Assembly (NCBI GenBank): GCA_964057225.1
Contig: OZ059898.1
Coordinates: 806,001 to 870,000 of the forward strand
Length of the DNA: 64,000 nt
Reading direction: 5' to 3'
From: Auanema rhodensis
Taxonomy: Eukaryota; Animalia; Nematoda
The first letter of the stretch is position 1, and the number at the start of each line of letters is the position of its first letter. The notes beneath the pieces are model-generated. The model was not told the DNA's origin, did no database searches, and saw only the letters and a list, made by a program, of their open reading frames with translations. A program made the position numbers and the translations under genes. Positions 60,801 to 64,000 of this stretch are shown one piece after another.

Positions 60801-63800
60801 TGAAGAATTAATTTTTTCGTTGAATAACATTGTCCATCGTCTTTGCCTTGGAAAAAGGAATCTAAAAACATCTACTTTTCGCCAAATTATTTTGAAATTT
60901 TTCGAAAAAATTTTTGTCAAAATGTTTTTGGAAGCAATGTTGAGTGTACATGGAAACTCAACATACACTAATGCATCATTTTTCAAACGATCATAACTAA
61001 TTTTTGTATTAAGCGTTTCTCAATGTAGTATAGTGCATTCGATGCGGATTTTTAAGCTGCGTCGATCTGTGTTATCAGATTTGCGCTAGCTTAAAAATGC
61101 ACCGAGATATCAACTGATATAAGTTCACACTTATATCCTCGATTTTCACCCTGAAGAATTAATTTTTTCGTTGAATAACATTGTCCATCGTCTTTGCTTT
61201 GAAAAAAGAAATCTGAAAACATCTACTTTTTGCTAAATTATTTTGAAATTTTTCGAAAAAATTTTTGTCAAAATGTTTTTGGAAGCAATGTTGAGTGTAC
61301 ATGGAAACTCAACATACACTAATGCATCATTTTTCAAACGATCATAACTAATTTTTGTATTAAGCGTTTCTCAATGTAGTATAGTGCATTCGATGCGGAT
61401 TTTTAAGCTGCGTCGATCTGTGTTATCAGATTTGCGCTAGCTTAAAAATGCACCGAGATATCAACTGATATAAGTTCACACTTATATCCTCGATTTTCAC
61501 CCTGAAGAATTAATTTTTTCGTTGAATAACATTGTCCATCGTCTTTGCCTTGAAAAAAGGAATCTAAAAACATCTACTTTTCGCCAAATTATTTTGAAAT
61601 TTTTCGAAAAAATTTTTGTCAAAATGTTTTTGGAAGCAATGTTGAGTGTACATGGAAACTCAACATACACTAATGCATCATTTTTCAAACGATCATAACT
61701 AATTTTTGTATTAAGCGTTTCTCAATGTAGTATAGTGCATTCGATGCGGATTTTTAAGCTGCGTCGATCTGTGTTATCAGATTCGCGCTAGCTTAAAAAT
61801 GCACCGAGATATCAACTGATATAAGTTCACACATATATCCTCGATTTTCACCCTGAAGAATTAATTTTTTCGTTGAATAACATTGTCCATCGTCTTTGCC
61901 TTGAAAAAAGAAATCTAAAAACATCTACTTTTTGCTAAATTATTTTGAAATTTTTCGAAAAAATTTTTGTCAAAATGTTTTTGGAAGCAATGTTGAGTGT
62001 ACATGGAAACTCAACATACACTAATGCATCATTTTTCAAACGATCATAACTAATTTTTGTATTAAGCGTTTCTCAATGTAGTATAGTGCATTCGATGCGG
62101 ATTTTTAAGCTGCGTCGATCTGTGTTATCAGATTTGCGCTAGCTTAAAAATGCACCGAGATATCAACTGATATAAGTTCACACTTATATCCTCGATTTTC
62201 ACCCTGAAGAATTAATTTTTTCGTTGAATAACATTGTCCATCGTCTTTGCCTTGAAAAAAGGAATTTAAAAACATCTACTTTTTGCTAAATTATTTTGAA
62301 ATTTTTCGAAAAAATTTTTGTCAAAATGTTTTTGGAAGCAATGTTGAGTGTACATGGAAACTCAACATACACTAATGCATCATTTTTCAAACGATCATAA
62401 CTAATTTTTGTATTAAGCGTTTCTCAATGTAGTATAGTGCATTCGATGCGGATTTTTAAGCTGCGTCGATCTGTGTTATCAGATTTGCGCTAGCTTAAAA
62501 ATGCACCGAGATATCAACTGATATAAGTTCACACTTATATCCTCGATTTTCACCCTGAAGAATTAATTTTTTCGTTGAATAACATTGTCCATCGTCTTTG
62601 CCTTGAAAAAAGGAATCTAAAAACATCTACTTTTTGCTAAATTATTTCGAAATTTTTCGAAAAAATTTTTGTCAAAATGTTTTTGGAAGCAATGTTGAGT
62701 GTACATGGAAACTCAACATACACTAATGCATCATTTTTCAAACGATCATAACTAATTTTTGTATTAAGCGTTTCTCAATGTAGTATAGTGCATTCGATGC
62801 GGATTTTTAAGCTGCGTCGATCTGTGTTATCAGATTTGCGCTAGCTTAAAAATGCACCGAGATATCAACTGATATAAGTTCACACTTATATCCTCGATTT
62901 TCACCCTGAAGAATTAATTTTTTCGTTGAATAACATTGTCCATCGTCTTTGCCTTGAAAAAAGGAATCTAAAAACATCTACTTTTCGCCAAATTATTTTG
63001 AAATTTTTCGAAAAAATTTTTGTCAAAATGTTTTTGGAAGCAATGTTGAGTGTACATGGAAACTCAACATACACTAATGCATCATTTTTCAAACGATCAT
63101 AACTAATTTTTGTATTAAGCGTTTCTCAATGTAGTATAGTGCATTCGATGCGGATTTTTAAGCTGCGTCGATCTGTGTTATCAGATTTGCGCTAGCTTAA
63201 AAATGCACCGAGATATCAACTGATATAAGTTCACACATATATCCTCGATTTTCACCCTGAAGAATTAATTTTTTCGTTGAATAACATTGTCCATCGTCTT
63301 TGCCTTGAAAAAAGGAATCTAAAAACATCTACTTTTTGCTAAATTATTTTGAAATTTTTCGAAAAAATTTTTGTCAAAATGTTTTTGGAAGCAATGTTGA
63401 GTGTACATGGAAACTCAACATACACTAATGCATCATTTTTCAAACGATCATAACTAATTTTTGTATTAAGCGTTTCTCAATGTAGTATAGTGCATTCGAT
63501 GCGGATTTTTAAGCTGCGTCGATCTGTGTTATCAGATTTGCGCTAGCTTAAAAATGCACCGAGATATCAACTGATATAAGTTCACACTTATATCCTCGAT
63601 TTTCACCCTGAAGAATTAATTTTTTCGTTGAATAACATTGTCCATCGTCTTTGCCTTGAAAAATAGAATCTAAAAACATCTACTTTTTGCTAAATTATTT
63701 TGAAATTTTTCGAAAAAATTTTTGTCAAAATGTTTTTGGAAGCAATGTTGAGTGTACATGGAAACTCAACATACACTAATGCATCATTTTTCAAACGATC

Positions 63801-64000
63801 ATAACTAATTTTTGTATTAAGCGTTTCTCAATGTAGTATAGTGCATTCGATGCGGATTTTTAAGCTGCGTCGATCTGTGTTATCAGATTTGCGCTAGCTT
63901 AAAAATGCACCGAGATATCAACTGATATAAGTTCACACTTATATCCTCGATTTTCACCCTGAAGAATTAATTTTTTCGTTGAATAACATTGTCCATCGTC
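51823..64000. repeat. 351-bp satellite array, block 4 (about 34.7 monomers, very homogeneous)
   Basis: Period 351 with no deletion variants. Diagnostic SNPs show 702- and 1404-bp periodicity. Confidence 0.99.

Noticed and set aside
5795-63092. Repeated 63-aa ORF MKNDALVYVEF... on the - strand (and the 81-aa variant at 40754-40999)
   Set aside because: It is the reverse strand of the satellite monomer, has no ATG start (the strand reads TTG), and is open only in monomers where one SNP removes a TAG stop. No domain is recognisable.

Overview
Eukaryotic heterochromatin-type window, probably from a nematode (inferred from the tRNA-Pro primer site). It is one AT-rich satellite array of roughly 119 monomers (351 bp, with ten 275-bp deletion variants), interrupted by three LTR retrotransposons. 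Two are apparently identical Ty3/Gypsy elements (9755-17420 and 25697-33362, + strand, 352-bp LTRs, TATA target-site duplication (TSD), one 2109-aa gag-pol ORF with a ~395-aa unexplained C-terminal extension). They come from one insertion copied by array duplication. The third is a BEL/Pao element (44126-51822, - strand, 318-bp LTRs, CATGG TSD) and is the most unusual object here. Its primer-binding site is a 41-nt copy of the whole 3' half of mature tRNA-Gly(GCC), present twice. Its leader is a patchwork of its own pol fragments, including 190 nt antisense to the integrase core. Downstream of pol it carries a third ORF with a second triple zinc knuckle, preceded by a motif cluster that mirrors the LTR promoter region. 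No host genes, rRNA or CRISPR were found. All comparisons were made by eye, so identity claims need alignment.
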